Positions 1-9,096 of a DNA stretch of 64,000 bases are shown piece after piece. Origin of the DNA: a virus (lineage: Duplodnaviria > Caudoviricetes); the IMG/VR virus record IMGVR_UViG_3300011116_001229; one strand, given 5' to 3'. The translations under genes were made by a program, and so were the position numbers. The notes beneath the pieces are model-generated. The model was not told the origin of the DNA and made no database searches. It worked only from the letters and a program-made list of their open reading frames with translations. How positions within the stretch are numbered: position 1 is the stretch's first letter; every line of letters begins with the position of its first letter.

Positions 1-476
1 CATTTGATAATATGACCTTGATGAACCAAGGCAGGAATACTACAAAGCATTTAGGCAAGGTCCTGAATGGCTTCTATAACTACCTGTCACAGCAGGTGGA
101 CCCTGAAAGTCCAACAGAGAAGCTAGATCAGAGTACAGTATTCGTTGCATACGGCGATACACCACACACACCGCTGCAAGGTTCAACATGGCCCGATGCT
201 ACTCCGGATGCCTGTAACTTCGTATATGTCATGGATCCCAAAGGAAACACAAAGAACGGATGGTTCGGTCATGTCTATGCGAATAAGATAGGCGGAAAGA
301 ACGCAGTCGGTTTTAATCCAGCTACCGGAGCTGACGACGTTAGCAAGACATCAGAACAATGTTCAGCGTTTGCTTCTGCTGCGATTGTATATGCTGCCGC
401 GAAGGGCGACGTTAACAAGACTGCCGAATATGGTGTGTCGCCAGGCATTGTTTCTGGATTAATTAATATAAAGTGA
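1..476 (+). CDS. Partial CDS, open at the left edge; C-terminus weakly resembles DUF1501/DUF1552-type proteins
   Basis: The frame is open upstream of ATG 12 to the window edge (TTT GAT AAT ATG). LDQSTVFVAYGDTPHTP loosely resembles the LDxTLVVxxxEFGRTP segment of DUF1501. Confidence 0.4.
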   Translation, partial: FDNMTLMNQGRNTTKHLGKVLNGFYNYLSQQVDPESPTEKLDQSTVFVAYGDTPHTPLQGSTWPDATPDACNFVYVMDPKGNTKNGWFGHVYANKIGGKNAVGFNPATGADDVSKTSEQCSAFASAAIVYAAAKGDVNKTAEYGVSPGIVSGLINIK

Positions 477-505
477 ATATTTAAATTTTTGAGGCTAAGG
501 TAACA

Positions 506-811
506 ATGTCAAAGATAACTGAAACACATCTTCGTAAAATTATTAGACAAGAGATTCTTCGTGAAGCTGAAGACTCGGCGTCTGCTGCAAAGGGTGAAAA
601 AACAGACACAAAGGGTCAGCTCAATACTAAAGAGATAGCTAATCAATTAGACATGGATGAACAGACATTAAAAGCTGCAGTTCTCGCTGCTAAAAAGGGC
701 GATGCTAGCAAGGGAGCAGCTCTTTTAGCATTTGTAAAAGCTTTGCTTGCAGCAGGCCCAGATGCTTCTAAGAAGGTTGGTATGCTGATGTCTAAGATTG
801 AAGAAAAATAA
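506..811 (+). CDS. Hypothetical protein with LRKIIRQE leader; candidate head-internal protein
   Basis: Starts MSKITETHLRKIIRQEILREAE; ATATTTA at 477-483 upstream. Confidence 0.6.
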   Translation: MSKITETHLRKIIRQEILREAEDSASAAKGEKTDTKGQLNTKEIANQLDMDEQTLKAAVLAAKKGDASKGAALLAFVKALLAAGPDASKKVGMLMSKIEEK

Positions 812-899
812 TTACAAGATCAAGTTTTAAACATAGACATACCTCTGTCTTATTATAGAAGCATAGGAACCACTGGTTCTAATACTACAGAGGTAAATT

Positions 900-1169
900 A
901 TGGCACGACGAAAGAATAAGAACGCACAGTCAACTAACCACAACTCCACAATCGTTACACGTCAAGATCGTACGGGTAAGTTTCGCACCGAGACAACTCG
1001 CAGAGACAGCGGTATCACTGTCGCAGTGAGCACTAATCCTCAGAGCGACTCAACGATGCTTTATGTTGACGCTCCAAATGGTGAATCTTTTCGCTTTGAT
1101 GGTCGAGAGGCCCGCACGATCTATCGTGCACTGCAGAAGCACTACAGATTCACCGAGAAGTCTTGGTGA
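900..1169 (+). CDS. Small basic hypothetical protein
   Basis: 89 aa; GAGG before the ATG; followed by a terminator. Confidence 0.6.
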   Translation: MARRKNKNAQSTNHNSTIVTRQDRTGKFRTETTRRDSGITVAVSTNPQSDSTMLYVDAPNGESFRFDGREARTIYRALQKHYRFTEKSW

Positions 1170-1197
1170 GATTTAAGTCTGATCTAGACTAGATACG

Positions 1198-1222
1198 AGG
1201 CCTGCTCTTGCAGGCCTTTTTT
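1198..1222 (+). terminator. Intrinsic terminator
   Basis: AGGCCTGC-TCTT-GCAGGCCT followed by a T run. Confidence 0.8.
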
Positions 1223-1271
1223 GTTTCTGATTCTTGTAAACTATAGCGGCAGTCGTGTATATAATATCATC

Positions 1272-1577
1272 ATGCTAAATTTGACTCCAACTGAACTATT
1301 TTTTCTTTATGAGAATTTAACCAATTCAATCGTTACAGGATCGGAACAGCAAGAATTAAAAACCATGATTTTATCAAAAATTAAGTTTTCTCTTGTTGAG
1401 AAATTAGAATCACTTCAAGTAGAGACCAGCAAGTCAATGTATGAAGCTTGGAAGTCAAAAGAAGAGCAGAAGTTAAAGGATCTTTCTCAAAAGAACGAAG
1501 ATCTAAAAAACTCAGAACTAAATTCTTTACCTACCACATTAAAGAACAAGGTTCTTAAAAAGAAAGGTAAGCGTTAA
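1272..1577 (+). CDS. Hypothetical coiled-coil protein
   Basis: The ORF track starts at TTG 1221; ATG 1272 (MLNLTPTEL) after a TATAAT-like box at 1260-1265 is more likely. Confidence 0.55.
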   Translation: MLNLTPTELFFLYENLTNSIVTGSEQQELKTMILSKIKFSLVEKLESLQVETSKSMYEAWKSKEEQKLKDLSQKNEDLKNSELNSLPTTLKNKVLKKKGKR

Positions 1578-1756
1578 TGTCTGCATCAGCTGAAAGAATA
1601 TACTTGCAAATTGTAGAACTGGAATCTAGACTTCAAGAAGACAGGGCCGCAGGTAGAGACACTATTCTGCTTGAAGAACAGATTACATTTCTTAGAAAAG
1701 AGCTGAATAGCTTGACTGAGACTTTGTCTAGTCCCAACTTTGTTTTGAAAGGATAA
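1577..1756 (+). CDS. Small hypothetical protein, 59 aa, not in the ORF track
   Basis: TAATG overlap with the previous stop; MSASAERIYLQIVELESRLQED...FVLKG*; abuts the next ATG at 1758. Confidence 0.55.
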   Translation: MSASAERIYLQIVELESRLQEDRAAGRDTILLEEQITFLRKELNSLTETLSSPNFVLKG

Positions 1757-1757
1757 A

Positions 1758-1976
1758 ATGAATAAAGCTGATCTTTACCAACCAATTATTTCTGATAGAA
1801 CAGGTCCTGCACCTTTGACGCTGAGGACCATTGTGACGGTTCATCAAGATCACTTTGTGGGAGGTGTACCCGAATCCAGTCAAAAAGGCGAAGTTTATGT
1901 GCTTCTTTCAGCACTACCAAGAGAGCTACAAGAGAGAGTCAAAACTGCTGTGCAGGCTCTTATCTCTGGCATGTGA
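1758..1976 (+). CDS. Hypothetical protein
   Basis: 72 aa; tightly coupled in the operon. Confidence 0.5.
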   Translation: MNKADLYQPIISDRTGPAPLTLRTIVTVHQDHFVGGVPESSQKGEVYVLLSALPRELQERVKTAVQALISGM

Positions 1977-2762
1977 TTATAAGATTTTAAATGCTTCAAA
2001 GTGCATACCATCTGGTCTATTAGGAAACCATCCACCCCAATAGAAACCATGGTCGTATGCAATTTTAACTAATTCTCTAACACTTCCATCATTGTTTTTT
2101 AGCGCAGGGACTGTTCCAAGCATATTCCATTGCACATTGATATCAAAAGCAGTTCCCCAAGAATGATTTGAAAGAGAAGTTCTCGAGCCTCTTATAAATC
2201 GAGGCACCCAAGAACCACCCCAGGACTTAAGCCTGTGTGAAAGACATGAACTTTCCCAGGCAGAAAATAGTGATAATATTTGATTTTCTAACAGTTTGTG
2301 AACCTGAATAGAGCTGTCTGACGGTGCGCCCTTTAAACCGCTTAATTGGCAAATTGTAATAGTGCTGATGTTATCTTTTGCCCATCCGTTCGTTATCTTT
2401 ATAGCTTCTGGGTTTGCAGCTGTAGGAGCTGCAATATAAGTAAACTCTCCAAATAGTCTTATCCTATCGACGGGAGAAAGTGAGCCATGGGATGGTTTTT
2501 GTGGCCAATTAGGACCGTCTTCATTTACTTGATCATCTGTCATTAAATTAAATCCAAGATTTAAAGCCGCAGCCACTGTCGCCGGACCAACTACTCCATC
2601 GTCTGTTAGCTTTGATTTACTTTGAAATTCTTTTGTTTCGTCATGTGTGGTCTGGCCGAACTGACCATCTACTATAACTGTACTGTTTTTCTTCCTGCCT
2701 CTCAAGAAGATCTGCCACTTTTCTACGTCGGGCCCGCTCGATCCAAATTTAATTATTTTCAT
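1977..2762 (-). CDS. Endolysin: PG_binding_1 domain plus M15-family Zn peptidase
   Basis: N-terminal GSSGPDVEKWQIFL...VDGQFG...DDGVVGPAT peptidoglycan-binding repeat; SNHSWGTAFDIN and DGMHFE Zn-peptidase motifs. Confidence 0.85.
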   Translation of the reverse strand: MKIIKFGSSGPDVEKWQIFLRGRKKNSTVIVDGQFGQTTHDETKEFQSKSKLTDDGVVGPATVAAALNLGFNLMTDDQVNEDGPNWPQKPSHGSLSPVDRIRLFGEFTYIAAPTAANPEAIKITNGWAKDNISTITICQLSGLKGAPSDSSIQVHKLLENQILSLFSAWESSCLSHRLKSWGGSWVPRFIRGSRTSLSNHSWGTAFDINVQWNMLGTVPALKNNDGSVRELVKIAYDHGFYWGGWFPNRPDGMHFEAFKIL

Positions 2763-2843
2763 GAGATCCTCTTGAAAGTTTTGTTTATTGATGATTACTG
2801 CTTTCTAATGATATTTATACTCGCACTCGAGTCGAGATCTTAG

Positions 2844-4022
2844 ATGGCAAATTTTAGCGATACAATAAGTCCAACACCGTTTGGTTTTTTTGATTCTGAC
2901 ACCGAATTTCAGACAGAGGCTGATAATATGGTCAACTTTGTCAAGAGAAAGCTGGGTGATGACGTATTGTCTGTTGAGCTTACCAAGAAAGAAATTTGGG
3001 CATGCTTTGAAGAAGCGTGCTGTGAATATTCTAAGCATATTCACGAGATGAAAATAATGTCTGAATTATCAAACATTTTAGGAATGCCGACAGGATCTAC
3101 AGACTTAACAAATAAGTACACAAGAAACACTTTAGAATTCCTATTAAGAATGTCCGATGCATATGCATCAGAAGCTTACGTCGGAGGATCATACAATGCT
3201 CAGCTAGGATATTTTGACATTCAGGCTGATAGACAAGACTATGACATCTACGCGGATCTAAAAGATGCAGTTACAAATCAAGTAATATATCAGACGATAC
3301 CCAGTGGCTCAAAAGGTAAGCTAAAAATTGTAGAGTTATTTCACTTTGAACCAATCGCAGCTCAGCACTTTTTGCTCAATGCATCTAATATCACAAATTA
3401 CCTTGCAACAAATTTTAACTACGAGTCGTACATCAACTCTACGGTTTTTTACGTATTACCAGTCTTTGAAGATGTGCTTAGAAGAGGCATGCTAGAAACT
3501 GCATTTAGAGTGAGAAGATCACAATACAGCTATCAAATACTTGGAAGCAAACTGAGGCTCTTTCCAATACCAGTCCTTGAGTCACAGATTGGTAGAGTTT
3601 ATTGTAAAGTCATGGAAGGAAAAAATCCACTAAATCCTACAGCATACACAGACGATAGAATCTATGGCGTCTCAGGACCTGAGAATGCGCCATACAGCAA
3701 TATACCCTTTAAGAATGTAACACAACCAGGAAGACAGTGGATACGTCAATATACGCTTGCGCTATCAAGAGAACTTCTTGGTCTAATTCGTTCTAAGTTC
3801 CAAAGTATCCCAATACCTAACGCTGATCTACAATTAAATGGAGAGAGCTTGGTTTCTACGGGTCGAGAAGACAAAGATAAGCTCGTGACTCAATTAAAAG
3901 AATTTTTATCTAATTTAACTAGATCAAAATTGCTTGAAGTAGATGCTCTTGCTGCCGAGAACATGAATAAGAATTTACGGTATATACCGATGCCGCTAGG
4001 AAAATCAATCGTTATAGGTTGA
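2844..4022 (+). CDS. Neck / head-tail adaptor protein (T4 gp13-like)
   Basis: KRKLGDDVLSVELT...CFEEA at the N-terminus and WIRQYTLALSRELLG...LNGESL near the C-terminus match the gp13 pattern; position heads the tail module. Confidence 0.75.
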   Translation: MANFSDTISPTPFGFFDSDTEFQTEADNMVNFVKRKLGDDVLSVELTKKEIWACFEEACCEYSKHIHEMKIMSELSNILGMPTGSTDLTNKYTRNTLEFLLRMSDAYASEAYVGGSYNAQLGYFDIQADRQDYDIYADLKDAVTNQVIYQTIPSGSKGKLKIVELFHFEPIAAQHFLLNASNITNYLATNFNYESYINSTVFYVLPVFEDVLRRGMLETAFRVRRSQYSYQILGSKLRLFPIPVLESQIGRVYCKVMEGKNPLNPTAYTDDRIYGVSGPENAPYSNIPFKNVTQPGRQWIRQYTLALSRELLGLIRSKFQSIPIPNADLQLNGESLVSTGREDKDKLVTQLKEFLSNLTRSKLLEVDALAAENMNKNLRYIPMPLGKSIVIG

Positions 4023-4034
4023 TGAAGGAATATA

Positions 4035-4676
4035 ATGGCCCGATTATTTATAACACAGAGAGAGCTAAGCTTCATCTCCGACATCACAAAGGAGATTGTT
4101 AAGGACGTTGTAGGCCAGAAGATATACTACTACCCTATTTCAGAGAAAAAAACCAAGTCTCATCCAATCTATAATGAAGCTTTAAAAAAATTCTATGACA
4201 ATCCAATTGAGATAGAGTGTTTTGTCGATTCTAATTTCCAGCAATCAACCAAGATAGATAAGTTTGGAATTGATAAGCAGTTTATGTTAGAAGTTTTTAT
4301 TCAGTATAGAGATCTAGTTGACAAAGGAATCAATGTTAACATAGGCGACTTTTTCTCTTTTGATGAGATCTTCTATGAAATAACTGAAGCCATGATTTCA
4401 AGAAACATCTATGGCTTACCAGAGCACAAGAATGGAATTAAGCTAATTGGGACCAAGTCGCGCGAAGGTCTATTCAGAGCCCCGTTCAAAGGGCCAACTG
4501 ATATATCTCACACAGATGATGATGCAGTTCAAGTTAATTTTGAACAGCAGAGAGGTAATTCTTTGGATTCTGCAGGTAATCCTACTGGTGACAAGAGAGA
4601 CCTTCGCGACAATGGCGTTCTTGAACCCCCTATTGATGGAATTCGAAAAATTAAGACATCTTTCTACGATGAGTGA
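4035..4676 (+). CDS. Neck / head closure protein (T4 gp14-like)
   Basis: GQKIYYYP...KFGID...NIGDFF..D..FYEIT pattern; synteny with gp13 and gp15. Confidence 0.65.
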   Translation: MARLFITQRELSFISDITKEIVKDVVGQKIYYYPISEKKTKSHPIYNEALKKFYDNPIEIECFVDSNFQQSTKIDKFGIDKQFMLEVFIQYRDLVDKGINVNIGDFFSFDEIFYEITEAMISRNIYGLPEHKNGIKLIGTKSREGLFRAPFKGPTDISHTDDDAVQVNFEQQRGNSLDSAGNPTGDKRDLRDNGVLEPPIDGIRKIKTSFYDE

Positions 4677-4684
4677 AAACTATT

Positions 4685-5932
4685 ATGCCAACTAGGTTTA
4701 AGACGCAAAGTAAAAAAAATTATGGGATTACACCCATCAAGTCAGGTTATGAAAAGACAAGTGGAACACCCGACTTTTATATTAATTCTTGTGGCTTAGA
4801 AGATGTAGATACAGCAATCTTTAATTTATTCGACAAAGAGATCGCTCCTCAAGTTGGTAAAGACGAGACAAACCTGCTTAAAGTCCCAGTGATTTTTGCA
4901 GCAGGTGAAAAATGGTCTATGCTTAAGAAAGGACGACCGGTCAGGGATCAGACAGGTAGTTTAATACTACCGCTAATAACTATAATGAGAACTGATATCA
5001 CGCAGGATATGGCAGCTGATATCATTGGTCGGGGCATTAATCAACAGCAAGGCGAGATTGTAATCAGAAGAAGACTAGATAAATCCGATAGAGACTATCA
5101 AAACTTAGTAAATAGATTATTCTTAAAGAATCAAGTTAATCTTGCAGTAAACACAACAGACTCAGTCGTCAATGACCAAATAACCGTAGAGAGACAGCTG
5201 GGAGATAGAACTCAAGACAAAGACATTGTTGATGGCGCTTATCTCAAGCCAAATCTGTTAAATAATGTTTTCGAGACAATAGTCGTTCCAGCCCCTCAAT
5301 TTTACTCTGTTAAGTACCAGGTCACTGTGTGGACACAGTACATGCAACATTCAAATCAAGTCATAGAAAAATTTATCTCTTCTTTTTTGCCTCAAAGCCA
5401 GTCATGGCGTCTTGATACTCAAAAAGGATATTGGTTTGTCGCAACAGTTGAGGGAGGCGCATATTCATCAGAGTCAAGCTTTGAAGACATGTCAACAACA
5501 GAGAGATTTATTAAACATAACTTTGTAGTAAATGTGCCCGCTTATTTCTTTGCAACACAAACACCAGGATCGCCGGTTCCGCTAAAGCGCTACGTTTCTT
5601 CTCCCACAATTCAATTTAAAAATCTTTCTATGGAAGACGACGTTTTAACAACTGAGACACCTAGCAACAAATATCTTTTAGGCTCAGATGATCCTACGTT
5701 GCCGCTTGATGATCAAAAAAACTCGCTTGATGACCAAAGAAATGTAGGCTGGAGACAGCAAAAAGTTTCGCCCTTTATAAAGCAGCATGATCCAAATAAC
5801 CCTGCCGGAGGTGATTCTAATGATCCTGCTTACACTACTAACCCAAGAGGTTACAGATTTTTAAAAGTAAAGTCTAAAAATGCGAAAGGAGAGACAACTT
5901 ACACAGGTTACAGCTTAGACGATATAGAATGA
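4685..5932 (+). CDS. Tail terminator / sheath stabiliser (T4 gp15-like)
   Basis: KVPVIFAAGEKW...ILPLITIMR...PQFYSVKYQVTVWTQYMQHSNQVIE matches the gp15 pattern. Start is ATG 4685 or GTG 4673. Confidence 0.7.
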   Translation: MPTRFKTQSKKNYGITPIKSGYEKTSGTPDFYINSCGLEDVDTAIFNLFDKEIAPQVGKDETNLLKVPVIFAAGEKWSMLKKGRPVRDQTGSLILPLITIMRTDITQDMAADIIGRGINQQQGEIVIRRRLDKSDRDYQNLVNRLFLKNQVNLAVNTTDSVVNDQITVERQLGDRTQDKDIVDGAYLKPNLLNNVFETIVVPAPQFYSVKYQVTVWTQYMQHSNQVIEKFISSFLPQSQSWRLDTQKGYWFVATVEGGAYSSESSFEDMSTTERFIKHNFVVNVPAYFFATQTPGSPVPLKRYVSSPTIQFKNLSMEDDVLTTETPSNKYLLGSDDPTLPLDDQKNSLDDQRNVGWRQQKVSPFIKQHDPNNPAGGDSNDPAYTTNPRGYRFLKVKSKNAKGETTYTGYSLDDIE

Positions 5933-5998
5933 ATTTTCTTTTTATTAGTGAATTTTAGGACGATAATTATTGATCGGTAAATGTTAAGGAGATAGTCC

Positions 5999-8900
5999 AT
6001 GTCAGAGCAGACTTTTAAGTCGCCAAATTTTTATGAGCGCGAGATAGATCTTTCAGCACCAGCAGTTACAGGTCCAACAGGCGTACCTGCATTGATCATT
6101 GGCACTGCAAATAAAGGTCCGGCATTTGTTCCGGTAACAGTTGCTAACTTCAATGAATACGTTGAGGTATTCGGTAACTTAGACCCAGACAAATTTGGGC
6201 CATATGCTGCCAATGAGTTCTTAAAGAATAGATCGTCTCTCTCTTATATTAGAGTCTTGGGAGCCGGAGCTAATTCAACATCTGCGCACATAACGAGTAC
6301 AGCAACTTATGGTGTTGTTGAAAAGGCAGGATTTGTATTAGCAGGAACTGCAACAACCGATAATAGACACGCGGGTGCAGTTCAATTCCTTGTTGCTAGA
6401 CATGACATAGGAACTTATGAAGGTGCAGCCGCTCCGATGTTCTCTGACAACGACACGTTCGCAGGTTCATCCTATGTCAATCTAGTACGCGGTCTCATCA
6501 TGACCCCTAACACATCTAGAATCATGGTCACTGCTTCTCACGGAAGCATTGCAGCATCTTCTTTTGCAGTTGCGACAGCAATTAACGATGATGCTGATCT
6601 TATATCTGGTAAGTTTAAGCTTATTATTTCTTCTTCGCTGGGTGCAGATTTTGCCGTGACAGACGGTGTCACGGGCGTCAAGGTTTTGACAGCATCGTTT
6701 GATCCATCCGACAGCGATTACGTTGGCAAGATTCTCAATAGAGATCCTGACAAGTTTTACCAAGAGCAACATTATCTACATGCCGATTTCGCAGTTGATA
6801 AATCAATTGTATTCGCAAGCGGTAGCGCTCAAAGCAGAGTCGGTATTCTTTCTGGTTCAGCGAATACTTCAACCGCAGGTGATTCTTCTAAATCATTCCG
6901 CGAAGTCTTTGGATCTTATAATACACGCTTCACTGCACCAAAAACAACAACCTTCATCTCTCAGCCGTTCGGTAAGACTGAATACGACTTATTCCATTTC
7001 GAAGCAATTGACGATGGAGAGTACGCAAATCAGCTTTACAAGATCTCAATCTCAAATTTAAAGGCATCAGCAAATGATGCTGATCGCTATGGTACATTCA
7101 CAATTCAAGTTAGAAGCTGGGATGATACTGACCAAAATCCACAAGTCATTGAGCAATTCTCAAACTGCTCATTAAATCCCGACTCTCCAAACTACGTTGC
7201 CAAGCTAATCGGCGATAGAAAAGTACAGTACAACTTTGACTCTGTTCTGCCCGGAGAACGTCGTTTAATTGCAACTGGCAAATACGCAAATCGTTCAAGA
7301 TACGTCAGAATTATAATGAATTCGCTGGTTGACAATAAGGAAGTCCCAGAGAACAGCTTACCGTTTGGATTTAAGGGTGTTCATGCACTTAATATAAATC
7401 CCAACCTCGTTTCATCTACAGCTTTAAGTTCTGCAAATGCACGCCTGGGAGGAAAGCTCAGTACTTCATTTGCCAATCTTTCATCTTCATACGTTCCTCC
7501 TGTTCCAATGAGATTTAAGGTGACAAGAGGCGAGATGCCGACAAGCCCCTCGTTCATTGGAGCACCGGGCAATTCAGAAGTTACAGTGCCAGGTCTCTAC
7601 TGGGGTGTTAAGTTCGAGAGAGATAGCACATCATCTTCACCTACAGGTACTTCTCTTCTCAATCCGAATGTTGTTCAAGAAAAGAACGAACTTCTTGCAT
7701 CACTCACTAAGTTCGTGGGTATCGAGAAGCTTGATTCTCTTGTGACAGGTTCTAATGCTGATTCACTCAATAATAATAAGTTCTCACTGTCAAAGGTCGT
7801 TCTTTACAATGATTCAATCGGCGACTTAACTAGCTCTATCAACTCACACATGAAAGAAGCAGCTTATATTAGAAATGCTGCACTTGACAACACAAAGTAC
7901 ACTTACTCTGAAGGCGGCCGCAATAGAATGTCACTCGCGACAATTCTGGCATCAGGATCTGCGTCTGACTTTAACAAGTTCTCTGCCTTTGCTAAGTTCA
8001 CAAACTTCATGTATGGTGGATTCGACGGTACTAATTTCTTAGAGAGAAATGCTCGAAGGCTTAATGATAAGTCAGTATCTTTCGACGTCGGGGGTGGTGC
8101 TTCTACGACCAACACAATTTCTGGATTCTCAACTAATCCATCGGGTCAAGATGTCAACAACAATGGTGTTGCTTCTTACTTAGCAGCTGTTAATATTGGC
8201 ACAGATCCTCTAGTTGCAAATAATAATATACTTGCAATACCTGGAATCAGAGAGCCTTACATCAATGACAATGCCATGGCAAAAGTCAAGGATTACGGTC
8301 TTGCAATTCATGTTATGGACATACCGTCTTATGATGATAGCGGCAATAGACTGTACGATGACTCTACGGCTAAGCCAAACATCAATTATGTTTGCAATGA
8401 ACTTGACGCAAGAAGCATAGACAACAACTATGTTGCCACATACTTCCCGGACGTCTACATTGATGATGAAACCAATAGAAGAAGAGTCAAAGTACCTGCA
8501 TCAGTCGCAGCTCTTGGTGCTCTCGGATTTAACGACAGAGTGTCTTACCCATGGTTTGCACCCGCAGGCTTCAACCGAGCCGCCTTAGACTTTGTCACAA
8601 ACGTTGCAGTTCGTCTAAACGTCTCTGACAGAGATAGACTTTATGAGTCAAGAATCAACCCCATAGCGACATTCCCAAGATTGGGATTCGTTGTCTACGG
8701 TCAGAAGACTCTACAGATCAACAAGTCTGCTCTTGACAGAGTAAATGTTCGTAGACTCATGCTTGAGATAAAGCGTGTGATTATTGACATCGCGAAGAGA
8801 ATTGTCTTCGAGCAAAATACACCAGCAGTTAGAAATAAATTCGTGGCAGATACCTCATTCCAGCTTGGTCTCATCCAAGTTCAAGCAGGCATTGAAGGTT

Positions 8901-9049
8901 TCCAGGTTGTCATGAACGAAACAAACAACACACAAGAAGATGTTGATCTTAACAGACTCAATGGAAGAATAGTCGTTGTTCCAACAAGAGTTGTTGAATT
9001 CATCGCAATCGACTTTATCGTCACAAATAGTGGGGTTCAGTTCGTGTGA
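5999..9049 (+). CDS. Tail sheath protein 1
   Basis: EREIDLS...KGPAFVPVTV at the N-terminus; PWFAPAGFNR, RINPI, GQKTLQ, ALDRVNVRRL and EFIAIDF in the sheath C-domain; SD AAGGAG. Confidence 0.95.
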   Translation: MSEQTFKSPNFYEREIDLSAPAVTGPTGVPALIIGTANKGPAFVPVTVANFNEYVEVFGNLDPDKFGPYAANEFLKNRSSLSYIRVLGAGANSTSAHITSTATYGVVEKAGFVLAGTATTDNRHAGAVQFLVARHDIGTYEGAAAPMFSDNDTFAGSSYVNLVRGLIMTPNTSRIMVTASHGSIAASSFAVATAINDDADLISGKFKLIISSSLGADFAVTDGVTGVKVLTASFDPSDSDYVGKILNRDPDKFYQEQHYLHADFAVDKSIVFASGSAQSRVGILSGSANTSTAGDSSKSFREVFGSYNTRFTAPKTTTFISQPFGKTEYDLFHFEAIDDGEYANQLYKISISNLKASANDADRYGTFTIQVRSWDDTDQNPQVIEQFSNCSLNPDSPNYVAKLIGDRKVQYNFDSVLPGERRLIATGKYANRSRYVRIIMNSLVDNKEVPENSLPFGFKGVHALNINPNLVSSTALSSANARLGGKLSTSFANLSSSYVPPVPMRFKVTRGEMPTSPSFIGAPGNSEVTVPGLYWGVKFERDSTSSSPTGTSLLNPNVVQEKNELLASLTKFVGIEKLDSLVTGSNADSLNNNKFSLSKVVLYNDSIGDLTSSINSHMKEAAYIRNAALDNTKYTYSEGGRNRMSLATILASGSASDFNKFSAFAKFTNFMYGGFDGTNFLERNARRLNDKSVSFDVGGGASTTNTISGFSTNPSGQDVNNNGVASYLAAVNIGTDPLVANNNILAIPGIREPYINDNAMAKVKDYGLAIHVMDIPSYDDSGNRLYDDSTAKPNINYVCNELDARSIDNNYVATYFPDVYIDDETNRRRVKVPASVAALGALGFNDRVSYPWFAPAGFNRAALDFVTNVAVRLNVSDRDRLYESRINPIATFPRLGFVVYGQKTLQINKSALDRVNVRRLMLEIKRVIIDIAKRIVFEQNTPAVRNKFVADTSFQLGLIQVQAGIEGFQVVMNETNNTQEDVDLNRLNGRIVVVPTRVVEFIAIDFIVTNSGVQFV

Positions 9050-9096
9050 AATTGAGTCTTAAGTAATAGTTAGCTAGTAGTAATTGGAGAGCTTAA

